Of a stretch of 40,533 nucleotides of DNA, positions 1-7,733 are shown piece after piece. How positions within the stretch are numbered: the stretch's first letter is position 1; the number at the start of each line of letters is the position of its first letter. Below the pieces are notes generated by a model, which saw only the letters and a list, made by a program, of their open reading frames with translations, was not told where the DNA came from and searched no databases. The stretch is from an uncultured archaeon (GTDB lineage: Archaea > Nanobdellota > Nanobdellia > Woesearchaeales > ARS49), in contig CABMGU010000080.1 in NCBI GenBank assembly GCA_902385765.1, positions 1-40,533 on the forward strand. The letters run 5' to 3'. The position numbers and the translations under genes were made by a program.

Positions 1-1
1 C

Positions 2-736
2 CGTGTCAGGCAGTATGAGGATTTGTATTACGCGCCTTCTACTCAGGTTTCTGATGCGTATCAGAAGAAGATGCTGTTCAATGCAGGGATTGTTCATCCG
101 TTCCAGAAGGTGCTGATTGAGAATAATGGCTCTCTTGATTTTGTGCCTGAAGAGGGTCTTGAGCTGGAGTTCTGGAGGTTTACTGACTGCATGTTCCAGT
201 ATGCTCTGGAGAATCATCGTGTTAGGGAAACCAGGGAGATTATGCGCCATTTGTGCGCCGTGTATCATAAGGCTCCTCACGCCAGTGCTGCTGTTTTGAA
301 GAAGAAGGGTTTTGAGGCAGAGCCAGAGGTTGTTATTCCGGTCTATCCTGACCTGATTTTTGGTACGATTGCGCCTCTTGTTGAGGGTGTTGATGCTGAT
401 GAGCTTTCAGTTTATTATAAGGCTTGGAAGAATCCGGATTTTCAGCACAAATTAGAGGCTGAAATTGCCCGCAGGAGCGGTCTTCCTGAGCGCCATATTA
501 TTGTTGCTGGTGTGCCTAATCTGGAAAAGCTGTCTTCAGAATACGCTCCTGTTCGCATTGGCAGTGAGATAAAATCGCTGTTTGAGCTTCGTCCTGAGTA
601 TTCAAGGAATTTTTCAGAAAGGGCTGACCGGATAGCCTGCCTGCGTGTTGCTGTGCATCCGCAAATGTATGGCCTTGCAAGGGCGTTCTTTGAGGAGAAT
701 TCTTTTGCCAGAATTGTTGAGGAAGTTCTTAAATAG
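2..736 (+). CDS. hypothetical protein, 5'-truncated by window edge
   Basis: The frame is open from nt 2 with no upstream stop. The track 'start' at 23 is TTG. TAG stop at 734-736. Composition looks protein-like, but I recognise no diagnostic motif. Confidence 0.55.
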   Translation, partial: RVRQYEDLYYAPSTQVSDAYQKKMLFNAGIVHPFQKVLIENNGSLDFVPEEGLELEFWRFTDCMFQYALENHRVRETREIMRHLCAVYHKAPHASAAVLKKKGFEAEPEVVIPVYPDLIFGTIAPLVEGVDADELSVYYKAWKNPDFQHKLEAEIARRSGLPERHIIVAGVPNLEKLSSEYAPVRIGSEIKSLFELRPEYSRNFSERADRIACLRVAVHPQMYGLARAFFEENSFARIVEEVLK

Positions 737-741
737 TAATA

Positions 742-749
742 CTTATATA
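742..749 (+). promoter_or_regulatory. TATA-like box (cttatata) about 26 nt upstream of ATG 772
   Basis: AT-rich octamer at the spacing seen repeatedly in this window for leaderless archaeal genes. Confidence 0.4.
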
Positions 750-771
750 CTTGTATTACTTTATTACCTTT

Positions 772-1017
772 ATGGGCGAAGTTAAAACTATTAAGGGAAT
801 TGATGATGAAACCTGGGCTGATTTTAAGGGTCTTGCTGTCAGGAACAGGATGAAGGCTGCGACGATGTTCAAGGTTATGGTCGATGAATATGAGAGAAAA
901 ACATCGAGTTTCTGGGATGACATATTCAGGCATAAGTCTATTTTTTCTCCTAAGGAGTACGAAGAGATTGAGGCGCGGATGAAAAAAATTCGCAAGGAGT
1001 ATGGCTGGAGAATATGA
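772..1017 (+). CDS. VapB-like antitoxin (ribbon-helix-helix-like small protein)
   Basis: First ATG is at 772 (track start 751 is TTG); 81 aa. KTIKGIDDETWADFKGLAVRNRMKAATMFKVMVDEY fits a strand plus two helices pattern. Its stop overlaps the PIN gene start in ATGA (1014-1017). Confidence 0.6.
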   Translation: MGEVKTIKGIDDETWADFKGLAVRNRMKAATMFKVMVDEYERKTSSFWDDIFRHKSIFSPKEYEEIEARMKKIRKEYGWRI

Positions 1018-1406
1018 CTCTTTTGCTCGATAGCTCGGTTCTTTTTGAGTTGGAAAAAGATAACAAAACTATTGTGAATAGGTTAAAAGAAATGTCTGCT
1101 GGGCATCCGGCAAGAGCGTGTATTTCATTTATGTCCTCGGTTGAATTTTTGTATGGTATAGAGGAAAAAAGTGATGAGGAGAAAGCCGAGGCAAAGGAGT
1201 TTTTGTGGAAATTCTGTGTTCTGCATACTACTAATGAGACTGCGGCGTGGCTGGCTTATTTGAAGCACAAATACGATAAGCTTGGAAAGCCCAAATCGAT
1301 TTCCGGCCTGTTCATCGCAAGCCAGGCGCTCGAGCATAAACTGACCTTGGTCACAAAAGACCGTGACTTTGAGGACATTTCAGAAATAAAGAAAATTATT
1401 GTTTAA
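1014..1406 (+). CDS. vapC: PIN-domain protein (VapC-like toxin)
   Basis: 130 aa with N-terminal LLLDSSV (first acidic residue), VEFLYG (Glu) and LVTKDRDF (last acidic residue). It has a 4-nt overlap with the upstream small ORF. The third canonical Asp position reads Gly (SGLFIASQA). Confidence 0.8.
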   Translation: MTLLLDSSVLFELEKDNKTIVNRLKEMSAGHPARACISFMSSVEFLYGIEEKSDEEKAEAKEFLWKFCVLHTTNETAAWLAYLKHKYDKLGKPKSISGLFIASQALEHKLTLVTKDRDFEDISEIKKIIV

Positions 1407-2077
1407 TCTTCGCCGAATATGAATTCTTTTGCCCAGCGGATTAGGAAGAATCCTCTGCCCTTCTTTGGCTTTTCAATAGTTGACTGTTTTTGTTTTGTGG
1501 CTTTTGGCTTTTCAGCAATTTCTTCAGCCTTGGCTTTCTGGACTTTTGGCTTTCTGGCGATTTTGATTTTTTTGACAGGCTCTGCCTTGACTGGTTTGAG
1601 TTTAATCTCAGTCTTTACAATTTTCTCTTCATCAGGCTCTGGCTCTAATGGTTCCGGTCCTGGCATTGGCTCTGGTCCTGGAGCAGGGAATGGTTCTGGC
1701 ATTGGAGGATGTGGAGTTATTGGTTCTCTGTATGATGCAGGTATGAATTCGGCTCCGAGCTCTTCTGATACTCCTTTTACGAAATGCCTTGTTTTTGCCT
1801 CTACTTCGTCGCATTCGTTTGGGAAAGCGTCCATTGAAAGCTCGAACAGTTCAAGTGTTCTTTGTACTTCCTTTGAGAAGTCTGATTTTGATACTCCTAG
1901 TATGAATCTGGCTCTCATAGTTGTTGCCAGGTATTTTACCTCTTTGAGGACGTTTTTTTGGACTGAGTCGCTTTGCTCCCAGCCTCCTTCTATTTTGCTT
2001 TCAAGCCAGGAAAAGTACGGTCCTATTCTTCTTGAATAGACGTCCATGTCGATCTCTGTTACTGCTTCTTGTGGCAT
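1403..2077 (-). CDS. hypothetical protein with Pro-rich and Lys-rich C-terminal half
   Basis: Long ORF. Track start 2149 is GTG only 3 nt from the divergent adk ATG, so I prefer ATG at 2077 (MPQEAVTEID...). Contains a PHPPMPEPFPAPGPEPMPGPEPLEPEP tract, then a KPK-rich tract, and ends GRGFFLIRWAKEFIFGED. Confidence 0.5.
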   Translation of the reverse strand: MPQEAVTEIDMDVYSRRIGPYFSWLESKIEGGWEQSDSVQKNVLKEVKYLATTMRARFILGVSKSDFSKEVQRTLELFELSMDAFPNECDEVEAKTRHFVKGVSEELGAEFIPASYREPITPHPPMPEPFPAPGPEPMPGPEPLEPEPDEEKIVKTEIKLKPVKAEPVKKIKIARKPKVQKAKAEEIAEKPKATKQKQSTIEKPKKGRGFFLIRWAKEFIFGED

Positions 2078-2121
2078 ATTCTCGGGTTGCAGAAAGCCCG
2101 TTTTTAAATCTTGCGCTAAAA

Positions 2122-2129
2122 TTAATATA
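2122..2129 (+). promoter_or_regulatory. TATA-like box (ttaatata) about 27 nt upstream of adk ATG
   Basis: Its position relative to ATG 2153 matches the leaderless spacing. Confidence 0.4.
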
Positions 2130-2152
2130 GAGAATATATATTCAAGCACAAA

Positions 2153-2770
2153 ATGGCAAAAGATTCCAGGATTCCGTCTGTTTTATTGTTTGGTATCCCC
2201 TGTGCAGGGAAAGGAACTGTCGGAAAAGCTATTGCAAAAGAACTGCCAAGGCATTTTTTCTATCTTTCCTCAGGCGATATGGTTCGTGAAACCTCTAAGC
2301 TCCAAAGCCGTATTGCAGACGAGCTTAATGATTATCTCAGGCGTGGCGAGCTTGTTCCTGACAGTATTATGGTTCCGATGTATAAGGAGGGCGTTATTTG
2401 CAGAAAGATTTACGGAAATATCAGTTCAGACCATACTTTGCTTGTTGACGGCATGTGCCGTACTGCTGAGCAGGCAGAAGAGTTGGCTGATTTGCTTGAT
2501 TTTAAGGAGGTTTTGCATCTTGATAATGTTCCCAAAGCCGAGGTGCTTGAAAGGTGCAAAAAACGGGGTGAAGGCAGGATTGATGATACGCCAGAGGCAA
2601 TGTCGCGTCGTATTAAAGAGTACTGGGATGTTACCTGGCCTGCTTTGGACTATTTCCACAGGAATCACATTTCCATACACCCATTGAACGCACTGCTGCC
2701 GAAAGATATGGTTGTCAAGAATGCTGTTGATTATATGAAGGCGAGGTATCGCATAACAAGCGAGTGGTGA
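2153..2770 (+). CDS. adk: adenylate kinase family protein (short form, no zinc LID)
   Basis: P-loop GIPCAGKGT. SSGDMVRE resembles STGDLLR. LVDGMCRTAEQAEEL resembles DGFPRT..QA. RIDDTPEAMSRRIKEY resembles R.DD.EE.I..RL..Y. Confidence 0.8.
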   Translation: MAKDSRIPSVLLFGIPCAGKGTVGKAIAKELPRHFFYLSSGDMVRETSKLQSRIADELNDYLRRGELVPDSIMVPMYKEGVICRKIYGNISSDHTLLVDGMCRTAEQAEELADLLDFKEVLHLDNVPKAEVLERCKKRGEGRIDDTPEAMSRRIKEYWDVTWPALDYFHRNHISIHPLNALLPKDMVVKNAVDYMKARYRITSEW

Positions 2771-2923
2771 TTATCTTTTTAGTCCGTCTTTTGTGCTTGG
2801 CACTTCGCAGGTGCAGAAGTCTTTGCCAAAACCGCATATCGGGCATACCTGTTCGAGTGCTTTTTTGCAGCATAGCCCTTTTTTGAGGTATATCTTTCCG
2901 CAGGTGTGGCATTTGAAGTTCAT
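2771..2923 (-). CDS. small zinc-ribbon protein (50 aa), not in ORF track
   Basis: My translation is MNFKCHTCGKIYLKKGLCCKKALEQVCPICGFGKDFCTCEVPSTKDGLKR. It has CxxC, CPxCG and CxC motifs. A TATA-like tttatata lies about 27 nt upstream on the minus strand (2945-2954). Its stop codon abuts the adk stop. Confidence 0.5.
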   Translation of the reverse strand: MNFKCHTCGKIYLKKGLCCKKALEQVCPICGFGKDFCTCEVPSTKDGLKR

Positions 2924-3042
2924 AGCTGCCTATATAATAAAGTCCTATATAAACCCTTCTTCAGCCTAAAATAACCACTCCTTAGTGACTACAAAACCGA
3001 AAGATTTATAAAGATAGAAAGCTATATGTTTATCGACTGAAA

Positions 3043-3771
3043 ATGGCTAATGATTACACTTTGATAAAGGAGATGAAAATGAGTCCTGGAAAGGCTCTTG
3101 AGCTAGCTACCCAAGCAAATCTTTATGCTGACTCTCCTGCAGGTCGCGATTCCTTTTTTGCTGATTTGAATGCTCGCACTGCTGACGGCAGTCTTTCTCC
3201 GAGACAGCGCCAGCTTGTTGATATTGCAAGAGAGCATTATGTTCCTTTTGCTCAGAACAGGTGGGGACAAAAAGCCGGCTGGTACATAATGGGTGCCGCA
3301 GGTGTTGCCTTGGCAAGTACTTTAATGGTCGGTAGTATTACCTCATCCTCTTGGCAGGTTAAAGAACAGCAGCACAGGATGGAGCAGAAGTATAATCGAG
3401 CCGTTTATCTCACCGGTCATACCCCTTTTAATTATAACAGCAATAAATCTCTTGAAGCAAATCTTAAAGACGTTCAGACAGACGCTCAGAAAGACCGCGA
3501 AGGCGGAAGAGGAGTATTGTACCTTTTAGGCGGTTTGGGCTTGCTTGCAGGGCTTTTAGGACTTACGGGTTATAAGCTTAGAGCAAGAGATTTAGCTCAG
3601 CGTGCAAATCGAGCTGCAGGCGCAGGTCCTAATCCGAAACCAACAGCCCCAGTTCCACCGGCTCCAGCATTACCAGCACCAACTCCTGTTCCAGTTTTAC
3701 CAGCTCCAGCAGTTCCGGCATTACCAGGACCAGCTCCTAATCCATTACCTCCTTACGGCGCCAATCCTTAA
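3043..3771 (+). CDS. hypothetical membrane protein with Pro/Ala-rich tail
   Basis: 242 aa with two hydrophobic segments (WYIMGAAGVALASTLMVGSI; VLYLLGGLGLLAGLLGLTGY). The C-terminus is PAPALPAPTPVPVLPAPAVPALPGPAP. Confidence 0.6.
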   Translation: MANDYTLIKEMKMSPGKALELATQANLYADSPAGRDSFFADLNARTADGSLSPRQRQLVDIAREHYVPFAQNRWGQKAGWYIMGAAGVALASTLMVGSITSSSWQVKEQQHRMEQKYNRAVYLTGHTPFNYNSNKSLEANLKDVQTDAQKDREGGRGVLYLLGGLGLLAGLLGLTGYKLRARDLAQRANRAAGAGPNPKPTAPVPPAPALPAPTPVPVLPAPAVPALPGPAPNPLPPYGANP

Positions 3772-3777
3772 GATACC

Positions 3778-3786
3778 TTTTTAAAT
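3778..3786 (+). promoter_or_regulatory. TATA-like box (tttttaaat) about 26 nt upstream of ileS ATG
   Basis: It lies in the 36-nt intergenic gap; no Shine-Dalgarno-like sequence is present. Confidence 0.4.
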
Positions 3787-3807
3787 CCGTTATTTCTTTT
3801 CTTAATC

Positions 3808-6800
3808 ATGACTTATGACTTTAAGGTTATAGAGCCTTCAGTCCTGGATTTTTGGAAGGACAGCAAAATCTATGAAAAGGCTGTAAAGAGGAATAAGGGA
3901 AAGAAGCGTTTCTATTACTTGGACGGTCCTCCTTATACTTCAGGCAAGATTCATATCGGTCACGCTTGGGGCAAAGCCCTGAGGGATGCTGTTCTGCGTT
4001 ACAAGCGTATGCAGGGTTTTGATGTTTGGGACCAGCCTGGTTTTGATATGCACGGAATGCCTATTGAGGTTGCAGTGGAAAAAGAGCTTGGCATTAAGAA
4101 CAAGAAGGAGATTCTGAACAAGTTGGGTCTTTCCAGATTTATTGATGAGTGCCAGAAGTTTGCTCTTTCGCAGTTGTGGCCTATGGTTGCCGAGTTTAAG
4201 CGTTTGGGCGTTTGGATGGATTGGGAAAACCCGTATATGACTATTAAGAACGAGTATATTGAGGGTGCCTGGTGGGCTTTGGCTAAGGCTAATGAGAAAA
4301 ATCTTTTGTACATCGGCAAGAAAGTGATGACTTGGTGCCCAAGGTGTGCTACTGCTTTTGCTAAGCACGAGTTGGAGTACGAAACAAGGAATGAGGATTC
4401 TGTTTTTGTAAAGCTTCAGGTCGAGGGCAAGCCTAATGAGTTTTTGATTGTGTGGACGACTACTCCTTGGACTTTGCCTTTCAATATGGCTGTTATGGCT
4501 CATCCTGATTTTAATTATTTGAGGGCAAAGGTAGGCAACGAAGTCTGGATTCTTGCAGAAGCGCTCGCAGCAGGCGTTATTGGCGCTGTTGCTGGCAAGC
4601 AGTATGTGGTTTTGGAAAAGATTAAGGGCGAGAAATTAGCTGGCACGAAGTACGTCCATCCGTTCAGGGACGAGGTTAAGTTCCATCAAAATAATAAGGA
4701 AAAGAATGCTCACCGCGTTATCTTATCCGAGAAGTATGTTGCTACTGATGCTGGCTCTGGTCTTGTTCATTGCGCTCCTGGCTGTGGTCCTGAGGATTTC
4801 GAGGTTGGCAGGGAGTATGGTCTTACAGCATTTAATGAAATTGATGAGCACGGTTGTTTTTCAGATAGTATGGGTCCTTTTGCCGGCTTGGTTGCAAAGC
4901 AGGATGATGACCGTTTTGTGCAGGCTTTGAAGGACAAGAACGCGATTATTGATGTTGTTAAGGTTGAGCACGAGTATGCTCATTGCTGGCGTTGCAAGAC
5001 GCCTGTTATTTTCAGGGCTACTGCTCAATGGTTTTTGGCTGTTGAGAAATTGAAAGATGATATGATTGAAAAAAATAAGAAAGTGTATTGGGTTCCTGAC
5101 TGGGCTGGCAATAAGTGGTTTGACAGCTGGCTGAAATCTTTGCAGGACTGGTGTATTTCGCGTCAGCGTTTCTGGGGTATTCCTTTGCCTATTTGGACTT
5201 GTGTTTGCGGAAAGCACAAGGTCATTTCATCCCGTGCTGAGCTGAAACAACTTTCAGGAAAAGAGCTTGAAAACCTGCACCGTCCTTGGGTTGACCAGAT
5301 TAAGTTAAAATGTGATTGCGGAAAAGAGATGTCTCGTGTTCCTGATGTTCTTGATGTCTGGCTTGATTCTGGTGTTGCGCCTTGGGCTACTTTGAATTAT
5401 CCTTCTGATGAAAAAACTTTCAAAGCGATGGGCTTCCCTGAATTAATCCTTGAAGGCAAGGACCAGATTCGAGGCTGGTTTAACAGTTTGATGTGCATGA
5501 GCATGATTAGTTTTGGTCAGGTTCCTTACAAGGCGGTTTATATGCACGGTTTCATTAATGATTCTCAGGGCAGGAAGATGTCCAAGTCCCTGAAGAATAT
5601 TATTTCTCCTGATGAGATTATCAGCCAGTATGGCGCTGATACTTTGCGTTATTATCAGATTGGCGCTGCCCAGCCTGGTCTGGATTTGAGCTTCAATCAC
5701 GAGGACGCAAAAATCAGGCACAGGAACCTGATTGTTCTTTGGAACGTGCAGAATTTTGTGCTTAGTCTTGCCAAGGAGCTGGACTGCAATCCTGCTGACT
5801 TGGACCCTGTTGTTATGAAGTCTTTGGGCAGTGTGGAAGAGCGTTTTATGCTTTCAAAGCTTAACAGCGCAATCAAGACAGCAACCCGATTGTTTGATGA
5901 GTATCATCTTAATGATATTCCTGCTGTTATCGAAGACCTGTATCTTACTTTGAGCAGGAGTTATATCCAGATGGTTCGTGATAAGGCTTCTGTTGGCGAG
6001 GAGAACGAAAGAAAAGCCGTTCTTTTCACGTCTTACAGATGCCTGTCAAATATCTTGAAATTGTTTGCTCCTATTGCGCCTTTTATTTCTGAGCAGATTT
6101 GGCAGAATTTGAAGAAGGAATTCGGTGGAGAAGAAAGCATTCATTTCTGTGCTTGGCCTAAGGCTGAAGAAAAGGATATTGACGTAAAGCTTGAGAAGCA
6201 GATGACTGTTGCTGACCAGGCTGTTCAGGCAATCCTTGCTGCAAGGGAGAAGGCAAAACTTTCTTTGCGCTGGCCTGTCAAGAAGGTTGAAATCGTCACC
6301 CAAGACGATGCTTTGCTTGTGGCTTTGGAAGAGCTTGAAGACATAATTAAAGTCCAGTCTAATTGCAAGGATGTTCACGGTCATAAGGAGTTTGCTGAGA
6401 TTAAGACTGTTATCAAGGCGAATGCCGGTCCGTTGGGCAAAGCTTTTGGCGCGAAAGCTCCGAAGATTATGGCTAAGATTGCTGAGTTAAGCACGGGCAG
6501 TGTTTTGTCTCAGCTGGCAAAGGATGGAAAGTTTTCTGTGAAGATTGATAAGGAGACTGTTGAGCTTAACAAGGACCACATTATTGTTGTGCGCGAGGTT
6601 CCTAAGAAGTTTGTTGAGGTTGAGTTCCCGCTCGGAATCATTTACCTTAACATCGAACGTTCTCCCGAGCTTGATGCAGAGGGTTTTGCAAGGGAGATTA
6701 TGCGCCGTGTTCAGCAGCTTAGAAAGGAAGCCGGTATGATGAAGGCTGATAAGGCTCACGTTTACGTTCAGTCTGATGCTAATACTGTGAAGATGGTCGA

Positions 6801-6939
6801 GAAGTGGAGTGAGAAGATTTCTGAGAAGTGCGGTGCTTCTGTTAAGATTGGTTCTGCTGAGCCTGCGCGCAAGCACGCGTTTACTGCTGAAGAGACTATT
6901 AAGGATAAATCCTTCAAAATATATCTGGATAAAGCATAA
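3808..6939 (+). CDS. ileS: isoleucine--tRNA ligase
   Basis: 1043 aa. HIGH motif PPYTSGKIHIGHAWGK, KMSKS motif GRKMSKSLKN, editing-domain WTTTPWTLP, and Cys clusters CPRC / CWRC. Confidence 0.97.
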   Translation: MTYDFKVIEPSVLDFWKDSKIYEKAVKRNKGKKRFYYLDGPPYTSGKIHIGHAWGKALRDAVLRYKRMQGFDVWDQPGFDMHGMPIEVAVEKELGIKNKKEILNKLGLSRFIDECQKFALSQLWPMVAEFKRLGVWMDWENPYMTIKNEYIEGAWWALAKANEKNLLYIGKKVMTWCPRCATAFAKHELEYETRNEDSVFVKLQVEGKPNEFLIVWTTTPWTLPFNMAVMAHPDFNYLRAKVGNEVWILAEALAAGVIGAVAGKQYVVLEKIKGEKLAGTKYVHPFRDEVKFHQNNKEKNAHRVILSEKYVATDAGSGLVHCAPGCGPEDFEVGREYGLTAFNEIDEHGCFSDSMGPFAGLVAKQDDDRFVQALKDKNAIIDVVKVEHEYAHCWRCKTPVIFRATAQWFLAVEKLKDDMIEKNKKVYWVPDWAGNKWFDSWLKSLQDWCISRQRFWGIPLPIWTCVCGKHKVISSRAELKQLSGKELENLHRPWVDQIKLKCDCGKEMSRVPDVLDVWLDSGVAPWATLNYPSDEKTFKAMGFPELILEGKDQIRGWFNSLMCMSMISFGQVPYKAVYMHGFINDSQGRKMSKSLKNIISPDEIISQYGADTLRYYQIGAAQPGLDLSFNHEDAKIRHRNLIVLWNVQNFVLSLAKELDCNPADLDPVVMKSLGSVEERFMLSKLNSAIKTATRLFDEYHLNDIPAVIEDLYLTLSRSYIQMVRDKASVGEENERKAVLFTSYRCLSNILKLFAPIAPFISEQIWQNLKKEFGGEESIHFCAWPKAEEKDIDVKLEKQMTVADQAVQAILAAREKAKLSLRWPVKKVEIVTQDDALLVALEELEDIIKVQSNCKDVHGHKEFAEIKTVIKANAGPLGKAFGAKAPKIMAKIAELSTGSVLSQLAKDGKFSVKIDKETVELNKDHIIVVREVPKKFVEVEFPLGIIYLNIERSPELDAEGFAREIMRRVQQLRKEAGMMKADKAHVYVQSDANTVKMVEKWSEKISEKCGASVKIGSAEPARKHAFTAEETIKDKSFKIYLDKA

Positions 6940-6971
6940 TCTTTTTATAATCTTGATACACAAGCGGTATT

Positions 6972-7733
6972 ATGAAAAAGGTTGTGATATTGGTGGCTTT
7001 GCTTCTTATTCCAGTAGCGTATGCCCAGTTGGATTGGGGTATTACTGATTTCCGTTGTGGCAACAAGATTTTGAACGAGTTTGAGTTGTGCGAGAAGGGC
7101 GTTAATGTCAGTTTTTGTGATGCATTAGGTACTATTCTTAAGATTGATACTGCCTGTGATACAGACCATTGCACGTGCCTTCCAAGGGTTAACAAAGCGT
7201 ACTGTGGCAATAATATCCGTGAGGGTGTTGAAGTGTGTGACGGCACTGGTGATGATAAGTGTCCTGAGTTTGGCGCTGCGATTAATCTGTCTTTGACCTG
7301 CAATCCAAAGACTTGCGGTTGTAATATTAATGAGACTGTTCCTGCAGAATACAATCCTGCTGTTCTAGACCAGTATGCCAATCTTTCCCAGTCTGCTTCT
7401 GTTTGCGGTGACAAGAAGGTTGAGCGTGATGAGGATTGTGACCCTCCTAATACGTTGTGCATCAGGGCTACGAAAGAGACTGGAATTTGCAATGACGAAT
7501 GCAAGTGTGTTCCTCCTGAACTGCTTGGTGTTGAGGAAAAGCCTGTTGAGAACGCTACTTTGCCGGCTGATAATGCTACAGGGAACGTGGCTTCAAATGT
7601 TACTCAAAATGTGACAACAGAGAACGTCACTGCTCCTGAGAATGTTTCAGAAAATGTTACAGCTCCTAAATCTACTGAAGAGCCTGGTTTTTTTGCCAGA
7701 TTGTGGGCTTGGTTCACGGCGTTGTTTAGCTGA
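6972..7733 (+). CDS. secreted Cys-rich repeat protein with sequon-rich linker and hydrophobic C-terminus
   Basis: Signal-like MKKVVILVALLLIPVAYAQ. Three CG(N/D)xxxExxExC... repeats resembling the Myxococcus-type cysteine-rich repeat. Seven N-x-S/T sequons fall within 39 aa. Ends EEPGFFARLWAWFTALFS. A TATA-like element at 6942-6950 lies 26 nt upstream. Confidence 0.7.
   Translation: MKKVVILVALLLIPVAYAQLDWGITDFRCGNKILNEFELCEKGVNVSFCDALGTILKIDTACDTDHCTCLPRVNKAYCGNNIREGVEVCDGTGDDKCPEFGAAINLSLTCNPKTCGCNINETVPAEYNPAVLDQYANLSQSASVCGDKKVERDEDCDPPNTLCIRATKETGICNDECKCVPPELLGVEEKPVENATLPADNATGNVASNVTQNVTTENVTAPENVSENVTAPKSTEEPGFFARLWAWFTALFS

Noticed and set aside
23-736. Calling the truncated first ORF an HD-domain phosphohydrolase C-terminal region.
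   Set aside because: There is only a vague resemblance in the pattern of hydrophobic and charged residues. The HD motif itself would lie outside the window, so no functional call is made.
1419-2039. 206-aa plus-strand ORF antisense to the Pro/Lys-rich gene. Similar long antisense ORFs occur at 15688-16302, 17378-17818, 23916-24614 and 32666-33298.
   Set aside because: Each mirrors a better-supported gene on the other strand (tfb, the lipoprotein, surface proteins, deoA). Their translations are low-complexity Ser/Leu/Phe-rich shadows.
2715-2912. 65-aa minus-strand ORF from the track overlapping the adk 3' end.
   Set aside because: Its product is highly basic and low-complexity, and it overlaps adk by 56 nt. 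A different frame on the same strand gives a zinc-ribbon ORF with a properly spaced TATA box, which I prefer.
3940-6963. Several 90-190-aa antisense or off-frame ORFs inside ileS.
   Set aside because: They are fully embedded in a gene with unambiguous class I synthetase motifs, which is typical shadow-ORF behaviour.
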